Shown here: piece after piece, positions 35,401-49,700 of the stretch
How positions within the stretch are numbered: position 1 is the first letter of the stretch
How the letters are laid out: each line of letters begins with the position of its first letter
The notes under the pieces: generated by a model
The model's database searches: none
Told to the model about the DNA's origin: nothing
Seen by the model: the letters and a program-made list of their open reading frames with translations, nothing else
DNA from: Geosiphon pyriformis uo1
Lineage: Eukaryota; Fungi; Glomeromycota
NCBI GenBank assembly: GCA_016748015.1
Contig: JAAOMT010000529.1
Coordinates: forward strand, 282,194-346,193
DNA length: 64,000 nt
Direction of reading: 5' to 3'
Program-made: the position numbers and the translations under genes

Positions 35401-38297
35401 TAAATGATGTCTGGATACATTGATAGCCAATAGTATTTTTTTTTGGTTCTTTTTATTGTTGCTTCTTTATGAAAATGTTCTGCTGTTAGATCTGAGTGCA
35501 TGTTGAACAAATATGTGTCTTTTTCTGATTCCATAATTACTTTGGTTAATTAATCTGGATTTCTTTTGTCCTTCTGGTATAGTATATTTTAATGGTTAAT
35601 AAAATATTTTGATTGTTTTTTTATGTTTCTTTGTTCCTTTTGAGATAATTTTTTCTTGAAAAATTTGGTATTTATATAATATTGGAGTTGTTGATATTTT
35701 TGTATATTCATCTTTTGTTATATTTTTGGATTAAAATGTTTTAAATTTGTCTCATTTGTGACAATCCATTAGCATTTCTGTTTTTTTTTTTTTTATAATG
35801 TATTGTATAATTAAATAATGAAAGTTTTATTTTCCATCTAACATGGCAATTATCTCTAAATTTTTGCTTTTGAATTGAAGTCAATCCTTTATAATCAGTA
35901 TATACATCAAACTTTTAACTCAAGTATTCTTTTTATTTAATGACAGCCCAATAGATAGCTAAGTATTCTAGTACTGGAGTTCTATAGTTCTTTTTCACTG
36001 GATTTAAGCTTCTACTGGTGTAAGCTACCGGATGTTCTCTTTTTTCTAGTCCCCTCTGTGATAGTACTGCTCTTAATGCTTGACCTGATGTGTCAGTAAT
36101 AATAATGAATAGTTTGCTGTGATCTGGATAAATTAATACTGAAGCTTGTATAAGCTTTTTTCTTAGCATGTCAAAAACTTCTTGCTGGATTTCTGTCTAT
36201 TTATATTTCACATTCTTGGTTTGGAGTTGATGTAATGATTGAGCCAATTTAGAAAAATCTTTAATAAAGTGGTGATAGTACCCTGCAAATCTCAAGAATG
36301 TTTTTAGTTCTGTGAAATTATTTGGTACTGGAAAGTTTTTGACAACTTCAATCTTGTCTGAATTTGTCTTTGCTTACAACATGTTCCAAAAACTTGAGTT
36401 CAGTTTTTCTAAAAAAGCACTTGTTTGCATTCAATTTTAGTCCTGCTCATTTCAGTCTTTTGAATACTTATTGAAGATGGTGAAGATAATCATCAAATAT
36501 TTTTGAGAACATGTTGGTATCATTCAAATATATGACTACTGATTTCTACAATAGTCCAGTATACACAATTTCTATTAGCCATTGGAATGTGGCTGGTGCA
36601 TTCATCAATCTGAATGGCATAACTTCAAACTCAAAATTTTTCTCTCTTGTGGTAAATACTATTTTCTCTTTGTCGGCTGGATTCATGGCTACTTGTCAGT
36701 AACCATTATCTAAATCCAGTGTTGAGAACCATTTATTTCCTCCAAAGTGTCAAATAATTCCTGAATTCGTGAAGTTAGATAATTATTTCCATGAGTAATA
36801 CCATTAAATTTTCTATAATCTACATAAAAGCAGATCTTCTCATTTTTTTTTTGGACTAGTACTACTGGTGATAACTATGGACTCATCAATGGCTGAATTA
36901 GCCTATTGTCTAACATTCAGTTGATTTCTTGATGAATGATCTCATGGCTAACTGGTGGTACTTAATATGCTTTTTGTTTAATTGGAATTGCATCTTTAGT
37001 TTTGATCTGATGTTAGATGATGTTGGTATAACCAAATTCATTTTCACTAACAAAGATGTCACTGAAATTGTTGAATAACATCTTTAATTGCATCTGTTGG
37101 AGTGGGTCTAGATTCTCCATGTTCATCTGTTCCAATTGTTCTAATTAGAGCAGATAACAATTGTTTTGTCTGTAAATGGTTTGTAATGTGATATCCACAT
37201 ATCCTCAAAGCTGTGGAAAATTTGGAATGTAGTTTGGTAGTTGATTTTCAACTTCAATGGTTAAGTATCCAATAATGGTTCTTTTTGGTATCTTGATAAC
37301 ATTTCTGGTTGTATTATAGATAGAAATTTTGATAGTTTTGGGGCTTTTGGCTGGTATATAAAAATTAGTGAGTCCAATCTTTTTTGATTCACAGATGGTG
37401 GCTTCTGCTTTAAACAACTGAGCTTGATCCTTTACTTCTCTTTTTATGGCTAACATATACTGATCATATGGTGAAATGAAAATTGGTTGACGAGTAAAGA
37501 TAATTTCTTCCTTGTTAATAACTTCTTTTTCTGCCATATTAACTAGTACATCTATTCTATTCATAGATCCAAATCTTTGTATCCCTTTTGTTGTTATCCT
37601 TAATTCTTTTCTGCTTTTCACTAATACTAACTGAGCTATTTTTACCAAAGATAGAAATATTGCTTGTGTTATCTTTTCATTTGGATCTATAATATATGCT
37701 TTTTCTGAGTCATTTTGTAGTATAACAATGATATTTTCTACATATCTTGCATCAATTATTTCTTTTTTAATGTTGATTCTCTTTTTTGCTAAGCTACTTC
37801 TAGATGCTAATTGAACCATTGTTGTTGCTGGGATTTCAATGCCACTTTTAGATCAATGTATGTGCGTGAATATGGTTCCAATTTGATGGCAACTTTTTCT
37901 AGATATCTCAAATCAAACCTTGCATCAGTATTATGTGTGCATTTGGGCATAATATCTTCATTATTATCATTGAACCATCTGAGTTTTTGCTTTTTGGAGA
38001 GATCAAGAAGCATAATGTATGTTTTGGAGTTTGAATCAGAGTTCAAATTATTGTTATTTTTATTGCTATATTGAGCAAAGTTGAAACCAGTGTTTTTATC
38101 ATCATCATTATTGGAGTTTGAATTGGGATTGAAAATCAATTCCAATTCTGATGCACAGCTGTTGATTGGTTCTTTCTCTTCTGAGATCATGTAGATCATA
38201 CATGGTAGTGGATTGTAAATGAGGTTACACTCATTACAGTACTGGAAATCATATGAGATCAAACAATAGTCACATAATCTTGTGTTTATTTCTTTTA

Positions 38298-38596
38298 NNN
38301 NNNNNNNNNNNNNNNNNNNNNNNNNNNNNNNNNNNNNNNNNNNNNNNNNNNNNNNNNNNNNNNNNNNNNNNNNNNNNNNNNNNNNNNNNNNNNNNNNNNN
38401 NNNNNNNNNNNNNNNNNNNNNNNNNNNNNNNNNNNNNNNNNNNNNNNNNNNNNNNNNNNNNNNNNNNNNNNNNNNNNNNNNNNNNNNNNNNNNNNNNNNN
38501 NNNNNNNNNNNNNNNNNNNNNNNNNNNNNNNNNNNNNNNNNNNNNNNNNNNNNNNNNNNNNNNNNNNNNNNNNNNNNNNNNNNNNNNNNNNNNNNN
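38298..38596. other. Assembly gap (299 N) inside the Cys-rich region of element E
   Basis: Run of N. The matching segment in copy C is about 600 bp, so the gap is probably under-sized. Confidence 0.95.
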
Positions 38597-40151
38597 GTAT
38601 ATATATATGGGGTATAAGTGGTAGTGGTAGTTGATATTAATTCTTTTTTTTTTTTTTTTTTTTTCTTTTGTATTTTCTTCTTACTCTCACTTTATTAGCT
38701 CTTCCTGGTTGTTGTCAATTCCTCAAACTTGATCAGAATTCTAAGTAGATTTTTCTTTTTTTTTTCCTTTCCCATTGTCATTCCATAAGAATATCAGTGT
38801 TAATTCATTGTGGTCTTTGTCAGCCTAAAAGACTTAATAGGCTTCCCAATGAGGTTTGTTTACTTTTTTCTCAAGTTTAACTAATAGTACAGACACATTA
38901 GTAGTCTTAAAATGACCACACATTGCTGGTGCTCATGTGTATTGGCCATTTTGGCTGATTTGCAACTCTTGGATAGTCCAGTCAAGTATTGCATTGGTTT
39001 TGGACAGCCAATTATTCTCAACTAGAGCTTGATATTAGATGGCCTCTATGACTAATACTTTAATTGGCATGATGATGCCATTGATCTCTATAGGAAGGTT
39101 ATCAATCTCACTGATTGAAGTTTTAGTCACTCCATCAGTAGTAATTATGTGTGCACTGGTAGCATAATTAACTTGGCAATCTAATTGGTCCATGAGTTGT
39201 CATGTAATAATACTGCCAGTTAATTCACTGTTTAAGATCAGTTTAATGGCATGGTTATCAACTTTTGCATTAGTATACATGGGGGTAATCAGTTTAGTGT
39301 TAAGAGCTTCACTGAATAATGAGACTGGTGTGGTTTCTTCAAGTTTGAAAAGAAAAATAGCTGCTAAAAATTCATTGTTGGAAATAGTTGCTGGTGGGAT
39401 ATTGCTAGTAAGTGGTTGCTTCTAGTTAAGTTTCAGATTGTTGAATGGGGCATCTTCTGGGATAACCAGAAGACTTAAATAGTTTTGGGAATTCAGGTTT
39501 TGGACATGGCTGGTATCTGATTTTGCTGACGAGATTCTAATTGTTGGGCTAATAAACTGGGGATCAGTTGGTAGACTATTATCACCAATCTCTAGTGTGT
39601 TTTGTTTTAAGGTAAGTTTTGTGGCAGTGTTTGAATTTGTTGGAGTTAATAGATTACTGGTGGCTGCAATTGATATATTACTTGTGACTGTGGCTGATAA
39701 ATTGGAGTTTGATATACTGGTGGTTGATAGATTGGCTGCTGTGTCATTGGCAAGTAAGTGGATTGATATTGATTTTGGTTTAAGTAAGAATTCAGGATTT
39801 GAAACCAGTAATTGAAGTTTCTGTATTGATTTCCCAATCATTGATTATTATTATTAGATCAGCAGTTAATTCTTAGATGGTCTTGTCTTCTACAGTTGTG
39901 GCAAACACATATCTCTGGCAGCCATAACTGATTGGATGATGATGGTCATGATTGATGTTAGAAACAATTCACATTTTCTTGGCTACTGCATCACTGTGGA
40001 GATTGATAAACTGCCTAATTATTGCTAGCTAAGTATTTTTCTAGTTTCTGATTAATTGAATCACTAAGGTGTTTCAATTTAGAATCCAAGTCAGATAATC
40101 CATTTATTACTAAGTTTATGACTTGAGCATAATTAGCTTTTAATTTGGTGG

Positions 40152-40704
40152 TGTTACCCGAGTAGAAAAACCAAACCAAAGTTATAAAGAAACATGACCA
40201 GAACATGACATAACACAAAATAGTGTGCAATAACATTGAATAATGCATTATAACTTAGAATAATACAGGATAACATATTACAATATGGGATAACACAGAA
40301 TAACACTAAATAATATGTTATAACATAGGATAGCTAGCAATAACGAGCAATAGCTAGCAATAGTAAAACAATTGAAAGCAATCCTGTAAAACCAAAAGAA
40401 TGTATAAAAGCAAGTAGTTGTAGAAGTTAAAAAGACAGTTAGTTAGCAATCAATTCTATTTTGTATTATACTTATCATATATTCATAGTTTAAAATACAA
40501 TAAAATATCAAAAACCAAAAAAAAATCCAATTTACCACTTCATGTTCACCAATATTATGAATTTCAGTTAAAAATTGAAATTAGTATTTCCTACCTTTGT
40601 TCTGGGACAGATATCATTAGCATAAATACTTCAAATCTTAATGATTTAGACCAATTGTTCTTGATTATGGCAATTGACGGAAATTAATTCTTTTTTCTTT
40701 CTTT

Positions 40705-40755
<51 letters not shown>

Positions 40756-43700
40756 CTGTATTTTTTTTTTTTTCTTTTTTTGTTTGAAGTGGCAATATAA
40801 AAAAATCGACTGTCTTGGAATAGACTTTGTGATAGCCTAGTAAAAGAAGGAAGCTCCCTCTAAGTTTTGGATATTAATATTATCTTGGTAACTTATCAGA
40901 ATGGCGAAAAGACAATACCAGACTCTAACAACTGCACTCATTAGTGCAGAAAAGAAAGCTCACATTTGTGGAAAATGTTGCAATCAACAAAAGACAAATT
41001 CTGTGCCTTATAACCAAAGAACTCAACAGGTAAAATTCACATTCAAGAATAGACCTTCAGAGACTGATAACACTAACATGGTAGAAAAAGCAGTCAATCT
41101 TAAAAAATAACTCTAAAATAAAGTACCAAACATTACCACCATACTCTACCCAGTTTACCCATAACATTTGGTGCTCCCTGTAAGATTATAAATCCACAGA
41201 AACAGAGCACTCCAGAGATACACAAAAGTAGCAACTATTGAAACAATAGGAAAGGACCACTCCTTATATGGAAGAGCACTATTTTAATACTTTCGAAAAA
41301 ATCTAAGAATACCAGCAGAAACCACCATTACAGAAAGTAATTTTTGCAACTATATCAACACAAAAATCAACTGTTTGTTAGGCCATACAACTAATACAGG
41401 AAGACTTGGAAAACAAATCCATTAAAGCTTACTAAGGTACTCAATAATTATTACTACTCAAGCAATTGCTGAAACTTTACGCATAATCAATACAGACATT
41501 AAACACTATGTAACTCAATGATTCCCTCAAGTACAACAACCAATAGAATCCGATCCAGAAAAATACAAGTATAGATTCAATAATCCCACAATTGTCCAAG
41601 ACAAGTCCATGGTCAACAAGAAACCAAGGTGTCTCTCCCCAACAACTTTTTTATACCATCAGACACCCCAAAGTAGAATTGTATTCAACCTACCCCCAGA
41701 AACCCAGTCAGAAACACCATGAAATCCTAGAAATCCACATTCTTGGGATCAACACAGTTGGACCAAATCACTAGGAGAATACAGATTGCTGTTTGAAAAT
41801 CTTACTTCAACAGCCAGTCAAACAGAAAGAAACATTTCAACTTGGGAGCAACCACCAGCACAAAACCCAACAGAATCAGCATCTCCTCTGATGGAAAGAA
41901 CAGCTATCTTACAACCTATTAGTACAAGCAACAAAGGGAAACAACCAGCATTAGCACCTAGAGAACACTCAAATACATGAACACCAATTCTTTTAAACAT
42001 AACCAGTAACACCCCACCCATCAACTAGATCATGGCTTACCAAGATATTGCTAAGTTAGAAAAATTCTCAGAGGAAGAAAACAATGCATATTTGTGGATT
42101 GTGGAAGCCAAAAAAACAATTACTACCAACAACTGGAATGATGACAGAGCTATTCAAGTGCTGCCATTCTTTCTAACTGGAACCACAAACTTGTGGTATT
42201 AAAGTCTTACAGAAAAACCAACTGACTTTAATACTTTTAAGCTTATCTTTCTATGATACTTTTGTGACCCCAATACTTTAATTTAATTGCAAAACCAATT
42301 CAGCATAATTAAACAAAAAGATTACGAAGCAGTAACTACTTATCTCAGACAATTCAATCAAATTCATCATCAAATATTAGCTATTAAAAGGGACTACTAC
42401 ACTATGGTGCAAGTTTTTAATTAATTTATTAAAAGATTGTGGAATAGTATTCTAAGATCTGTAAAACCCCATTATCTGACCAATTTACAAGACACTATTG
42501 CCTTTACTTGCGATTTTGAGTTTGCAGAACAAGAAACAAAACATACCCAAGCCATTAATTTAGCCATTAATAGAACCTTTAACATCGATGCAAAGATAAC
42601 CCAATTAAGTGAGAAATTAACTCAAAAAATTGAGAAATTCTTAGCCAAAACTACAGAAACTTATCAATCACCACAATGGAGAGAAAATAACAACAACAGC
42701 AAATATTTACAGCAACAGAACTATCAGCAACAGCAACAACCTTGGAGATCTAATTCCCATAACTGTTACTACTGTTAGAGATCTGGACACATTGCTTGGG
42801 ACTGCAGAAAAAAAATAATAGACCAAAATTCAGAAAACCAATATCAGCAACCAAGATATTAGCAAAACCTGGTATCCCAATATTCCATACCTCAAAATCA
42901 ACTGCCTCAGTATGCACAACAAGTTCCATACACTCAACCACCACTCCTGAATTATTATCAATCATCATTAATAACCCAAGCAATTCCTCACTATTAAACT
43001 CCTCTTTACAACCAGTTCAGACCTTGAATTATCAACTATAATCAGGAATGGAGGAATTTCAACAACAATTAGGTGCAAACCAACAGTAGACCATCTCAAC
43101 CAATCCCTTGTGGTCCTGCTTAATCTCGACCAGCATCCACTGAATATCTGAATCAAGCTTCTTATCTCAGTTTCATGGAAGACCAGGGTTTTAATAAATC
43201 TACATCTGTAGAAAAGAGAGATGTAAAACAAATTTCCTAACCTTCCAAGCAAACAAAAAGCAATATCCTACCAGCCACTATTACTGAAAACACCACCCTA
43301 GCTGCCATATTTTCTTTTGATATTGATAATTTGAACACCCATAGCCTTTTTAGTGGAGCAGCCATCAATTAGGATAAACCAATAATGACTCTATACACTG
43401 ATGCCAGAGTTGGAAGAATAGACATTAAATTAATCTTGGATAGCAGATCAGCTGGTAGCATAATCACAAAGCAGTTCATAGACTAACTAGATTGCCAAGT
43501 AGACCATGCTGCTACCACCTGGATCATTACAGTAGATGGAAACACAAAAACTCCAATAGGAGAAATTAACAACTTCCCTTTCAAGATTAATAGAATCCAA
43601 ATCCCTATCAAAGTACTTGTTATAAAAGCTACTCAATATCAAGCTCTGGTAGGAAATGATTGGCTGTCAAAAGCCAATACCACACTTGACTAGAACACCC

Positions 43701-46700
43701 AAGAACTTCAACTCATGTTCAACAGACAGTATGCCTAAGTCTTAGCTACATGCAAACACTTTAAAACCCAACATACTAAGAAATCCCTTATTGAATTCGA
43801 AGACACACCACTACTACCAACCATCAAGATCTATCAGGTTTCATGGGCAGATGATTATTAAACTGAACTATCCCTACCACCAACTTGGAAAAAAAAAAAA
43901 AAGCAGAGCTAAAGAAGAACCCCAATTGTCATCACTAGGATACATAACCTTAAACCAAAAAAATCTATTTTACCAACTTCCAAGACTAATATGTGTTGAT
44001 TGTGAAAAAAAGCTATCCACTATGGGCACATATATTAGAGACAACAAAAAATGGCCTATTGCCACCAAATACTACTACAGACTTTGTTTACTGGAAAGAT
44101 TTGAATGACCAAAACAACAAAACAAGTGGGACAATATGCCATACTTCGCATATAGCAAGATTCTGCCCAAAGAAAGACTTTGGAATGATGTGTTTGGCAA
44201 AGAAGAAACATGTAATAAGACTTGTCAATACACTATATTAATTAATAATTGGGTATGAAAGGGAACCCTCATCGAGGATGCTTGGAAATAAGCACTCAAT
44301 AGACTGAATAGTTATTCACATGATAACCATGAAATTTGGAGAATGGCAAGTATCAAAGCCAAAAATGCTATGCCTAAAGAAATACAAAAAATCAAGGACA
44401 ACCCTTGGATGCCCAAATACAATGGATCCGACTACCCTGTAGATGATTTCTTTATTGTGTTAACAGTAGAATTTTAGCCATTAATTAGCATGAAATTACT
44501 CTTAAAATTCCTATTATTAATTAGTATACATTATTATTATTTTAATTATTACTTATTATTTAATCAAATTATCAAATATTATTACTCAATCAATAATTCG
44601 ATTTGTACTCTAGAAATTAAGATGATCAAATTACACAATACTCTAAACTATTTAACATAATCAAAATTCGCCAAAATTAATGAAAATTGGCCGAAATAAT
44701 CAAATAATTCAGTGAAATAACTTGTAATTCACCAAAATGTATCTTTAGTTCACTCAAATTATAGCAAAGAGAAAAGTGCAAGTTCAAAAACTAGTACTAC
44801 AACAAGTTGTATAAAAGAAAAGCTTCTCTCTTCAAGAAAATATATCTTCTCATAGTATCTTACCATAGTAACTTACTTCAAATATCTTAATTAGAACAAA
44901 TCATCTTTTACAAAATCAAATAAAAATTAAAATATTCGAAAACCAAATCCTTAAAATTATTACACTTAAAATTTCCTTAACACAACTAACATTTTGAAAT
45001 TGATTAGCTACCAATTTCAGTAATCTGTTAGTGACTCCAGGCTTAGATAGAAAACGTTTCCCTTGACAAAATTCTATTTTTTTACATTTTTTTTATTTTT
45101 CTTTTATTTTTTTTATCATAATCATTAGGGTAGCCTATAGACGAGATTTCTGTAGAAGATTTGACTTTTATAGCAAAGTAACTACACATTTTAGTGAGCT
45201 TTCAGACAAGCAATTTCTGAAAAAAAGTTGATGTTTACTACAATGTAACTACATAAAGTAATTGGCAAGAAATTGGCCATTCTACTTATAAGCCCAGTAG
45301 TTCAAATTATAAGAAATAATTTGAAGATAAATTCAGCTACTGGAGGTCCAACTACTTCCTGGAAACGTGAAATCACAGCAAATCAACATTAACAACATTC
45401 AAAAAAAGAGACCAAAAACCTCCAGTAACAACAGATGACCCTGATGCATTTTAGAGCCAATATTAGGAATTGGCTCTGACTCGAAAAGAGTAAAAACAGT
45501 GGTTAGTTGATCTAAATACCAAACTATGCAATTACTGCTTAATTTCTTGCCACTTCTAATACTGCAATGAGTGTGATCTTATGTTCAACCTGCCTCTCAG
45601 AATTCTATACCCAATTACCGAATTACCTGAGTCTAAGGAAGAAGAGGAATTACTCACCAAAGACATATTATTTCAAGAGCCGAATCAGACTACAGAAATA
45701 AAACAATACCTCATGTACTCTGATCTCTCCAAAAAATTAGAGTTAAATAGTACAGTAATAACAATGAAAGAATATGCCCAAAAAAAGCACATGCAACCAA
45801 TACAAGTTTTAATTTAAAATACCCTAAACAATCACCCATAGTTATAGCTCCACATTCTCTAATAAAAATAGATCTCAAAATAGCACTAGAAATTTTTGTT
45901 AGCACTATAGTACAAGTAGCATTTAGATTGAGCCTTGCAAAGAAAGAAATCAATATAAAAAAAGGAATTATTAATGCTGACTATACAGGAAACATCATCA
46001 TGATGCTACAGAACAATTCAGACAAACTCTACAAGATCAAATCTTATAAAAAAATTGCCCAAGTCATTTTCTTACTTTTAGTCAAAATACTCCAACTAGT
46101 TCCAGTTACCACCCAAAAAAAATTAGGCTTTATGGTCTGAGGAATCAATGGGTTTGGCTCAAGTGGAAGAGAGAACATAATGGTCAATTTTATGAAAAAG
46201 AATAGTGACCAAATAGAACTTATCTATACTGACACCATCATTTCCATCTCTTTTTATTGGCAGTACATTCTCAAAGTCAACCAAAGAATTCAGAATCAAG
46301 CACTAATCTTTGAGACTGATCCCGAGATCTGCTCAATAGCCAATATTACTAACTTGTACTTACCAGCCAAAGTTCATAAACACTTCAAAATTTCTATCCA
46401 AAATTCAATCAAAGATGTTATCAAAATTCTTGAAGAAATTCTTGTTGGTTCTATATCTTCAGATATTTAGAATCCAGAAAAACTCCAGCTCATTTCAGAT
46501 TTCACTCAATTGTTCTTGTTCTGTAACATTACCTTATAAGTATGAAACCTGCCAAAGGAAAGTTACTTGTTCATGCCAGAAGAAATCAATAAACTCAATT
46601 TGGGAAACTTAAGCACTTTACAACAAATGCAACTTAAAATTCTATTAAATCAATATGCCAATGTTTTTGCCAGCAAAAATGAATTTGGATGCACCAATAT

Positions 46701-49700
46701 TGTAAAACACCAGATTGACACTAGAGATGTTCGACCCATTAAGCAGTGAGCTTATTGCGGACTCCTATCTGACAATAATCTGATTAAGCAGGAAGTACAA
46801 CAAATGCTTAACAATGGACTGATTAAAAAATCATTAAGCTCTTGGTTCTCTTCAATGGTCTTAGTCACAAAGAAGAACAGAAAGGTACAATTCTGTGTAG
46901 ATTACTGGAAATTAAATAGCATTACCTGAGAAGATAGCTATCCCACTCCTTTTATTCAAAAAATCCTAGACAACTTAGGAAAGAAGAAATGGTTCTTGTC
47001 ATTAAATCTAGCCAGTAAATATTGGCAAGTCAAAATGGACCCAAAAGACAGAAGAAAAATGGCATTTACCATCTGAGATAAAAATTTTGAATTCAATGTA
47101 ATGCCTTTTGGACTGTGCAATACTTCCACTATCTTTCAATGTCTTATGGATGTTGTGTATAAAAGAATCTTGTGGAAATCAGTCATAGTATACTTAGATA
47201 ACACCAATGTTTTCTTGGAAACATTTGATGAACATTTGCTTCATTTGCAACAAGTCTTCAAACACTTTCAAGCTGCCAGATTGAAACTCAACCCTGATAA
47301 ATGCTTTTTTAGGAAAACCGAACTGAAATTCTTAGGACATGTGATCAGCAAAAACAAAGTAAAATTCAATTCAGACAAAATCCAAAAGATCAAAGATTTT
47401 CCAGTCCCAGTTAACCTATAAGAGCTACAAAAATTTTTAGGATTGGCTGGATACTACTGCCAATTTGTCAAAAAATTCTCAACTATTGCAAAACTTCTTT
47501 ATTACTTGTTGTCCAAATATGTGTCATATCTGTGAAAAAAAAAGCAACAAAAGGCCTTTGATTATCTTAAACAGCAATTAATTACATCTCCAATATTAAT
47601 CTATTCTGATTTCACTAAATGATTCATTGTTGCTACAGATGCATTAAAAAATGCACTAGAAGCTATATTATCACAAATAGGACCAGATAGAAGAGAACAT
47701 CTAATTGTCTATGCCAGTTGCAATACCAGTCCTGCAAAAAAAATATATAGTACAACAGATTTGGAATGTTTTATCATTTATTGAGCCATACAAACATGGA
47801 AACACTATTTCAGGCAACTATTTGACCTATATACTGAACATAAAGAACTCATCTGGTTACTTAATAACCCACAACTGAAAAAAAAGTATGCAAGATAGAG
47901 TACTTATCTGCAATAATTCCCACTTAAAGTTCATTACAAGGAAGGATCCAAGAACACCAATGCTGACAGTTTGTCAAGAATGCTATGAACCTAATCTCAG
48001 ACCCATGAATACACTTACTTATCAGCAATTATATTAGTACCTATTAACACTATATTTTAGAGAGATATTATCTCAACAGAAACAAAATACCATACAAAAA
48101 CAAGCACAAAATTACTTTATTCAAAATAACCAACTCTATTGTCAAGAACAACAAAACCACACCACCCCACAACAATTGATCAAGAACAGTAAAAAAGAAG
48201 CTATATTATATAGTATGCATTCTGACCCAACTGCAGAACACTTCAACAAAGACATGACTCTGGAAAAAACAACAAATCTATACTATTGGCCTATAATGTA
48301 TAAGGATATCTTCAAATATGTTTTCAATTGTAACTCATGCCAGCAAAGAAGAGAAGCCAGAATAACAGAACCACTTTAATCCATTTCAGTTGGAAGTTTA
48401 TTTAATAGAATCAGAATTAATTTGATTGGTCCTCTCTCGATTACATCCAAAGAAAATTGTTATATTGTGGTAGCTGTAAACTACCTTACAAAATGGCCAG
48501 AAACCAGAGCAATCCAAGTAGCTAATACCAAAACAATAGCCAAATTCATACACCAAGATCTAATATGTGGACATAAATGCCTGAAAGAACTATTATTGGA
48601 CCAAGGAACACATTTTGTTAATATTATGTTAACTAAATTGAGTCAACATTTTGGTATAAAACAACCTCTATTGTCACCATATCACTCACAAACAAATGGA
48701 CTAGTGGAATGGTTTAACAGAACATTATATAAAGCATTAGCAAAAATAAGTTACGAAAATGAACAAGAATAGAACTTATTCATACCTTCTGTACTTTTTG
48801 TATATCAAACATTAAAGCAAAATATAACACAGTTTACATTATTCGAATTAGTCTATGGAAAAAAAGCAATGTTACCTATTGAACAAGAAATAGTGTTTTA
48901 TCCAACAAAACTATCAATGAAGAAATTTTTGAAGCTACCTTACACCAAAGAACATACCAGCTAATAGAAACATTAGAAAACAATCATAAAACAGCAGCTA
49001 ACAATATTAATCATGCTCAAGAATAACAAAAAGAAAGACATAATAACCACCTACCAGAACAACCAATGGAATTCAAAATTGGAGACCAAGTACTATTACA
49101 TCGTATAAAAGCTGAGAAACAATGGAGTGGAAAGTTCGACCCAAAGTAGAATGGTCTATTCCACATACATGAAACTTTAGGAAATAGAGCTTACAAATTA
49201 TGATTGGAAAACAGAATTTTAAAGAAAGTAGTATATGGAAATCAGTTAAAAATTTATCATACAAAACAGAAATCATCATTATTAATATTTCAGCTAAGAA
49301 CACAAATTTCATTAATTAGACCAGAAGATATACCATGAGATTTGGAACCAATCATCATCATTGAAACATAGACAATATGCAGCAAATTAAATTAGGGAAT
49401 TCAAATATATATAGCATCTGAAAAACAGCAAAAAATGATAAAGCTTTTAACATAGACTTGTCAAATCAAATTCTACAATTCTTGAAACAACTATTTGATG
49501 CAATTTGACAATCTTCTGTTCAAATAGAAGTGACAATTGATAGAAAAAAAATACACTATAAAGATAAGAGCAAGAAAGGGATGGGCATAAGTTCAATTAA
49601 AACTAACTATTCTTATCCTTACACCCTGCCTGAGAAAAAATTTTTACAAAAAAGAATTAAATCATCTTGAGTGGGGCTTGAAGAAAGCATGGAGGAACAA

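Noticed and set aside
38253-38624. Track ORFs containing long X runs
   Set aside because: Artefacts of the N gap.
40690-40780. Long poly-T as a retroposed poly(A) tail
   Set aside because: It is the LTR T-rich tract; a shorter version is at the same position in the sister LTR (~50740-50800).
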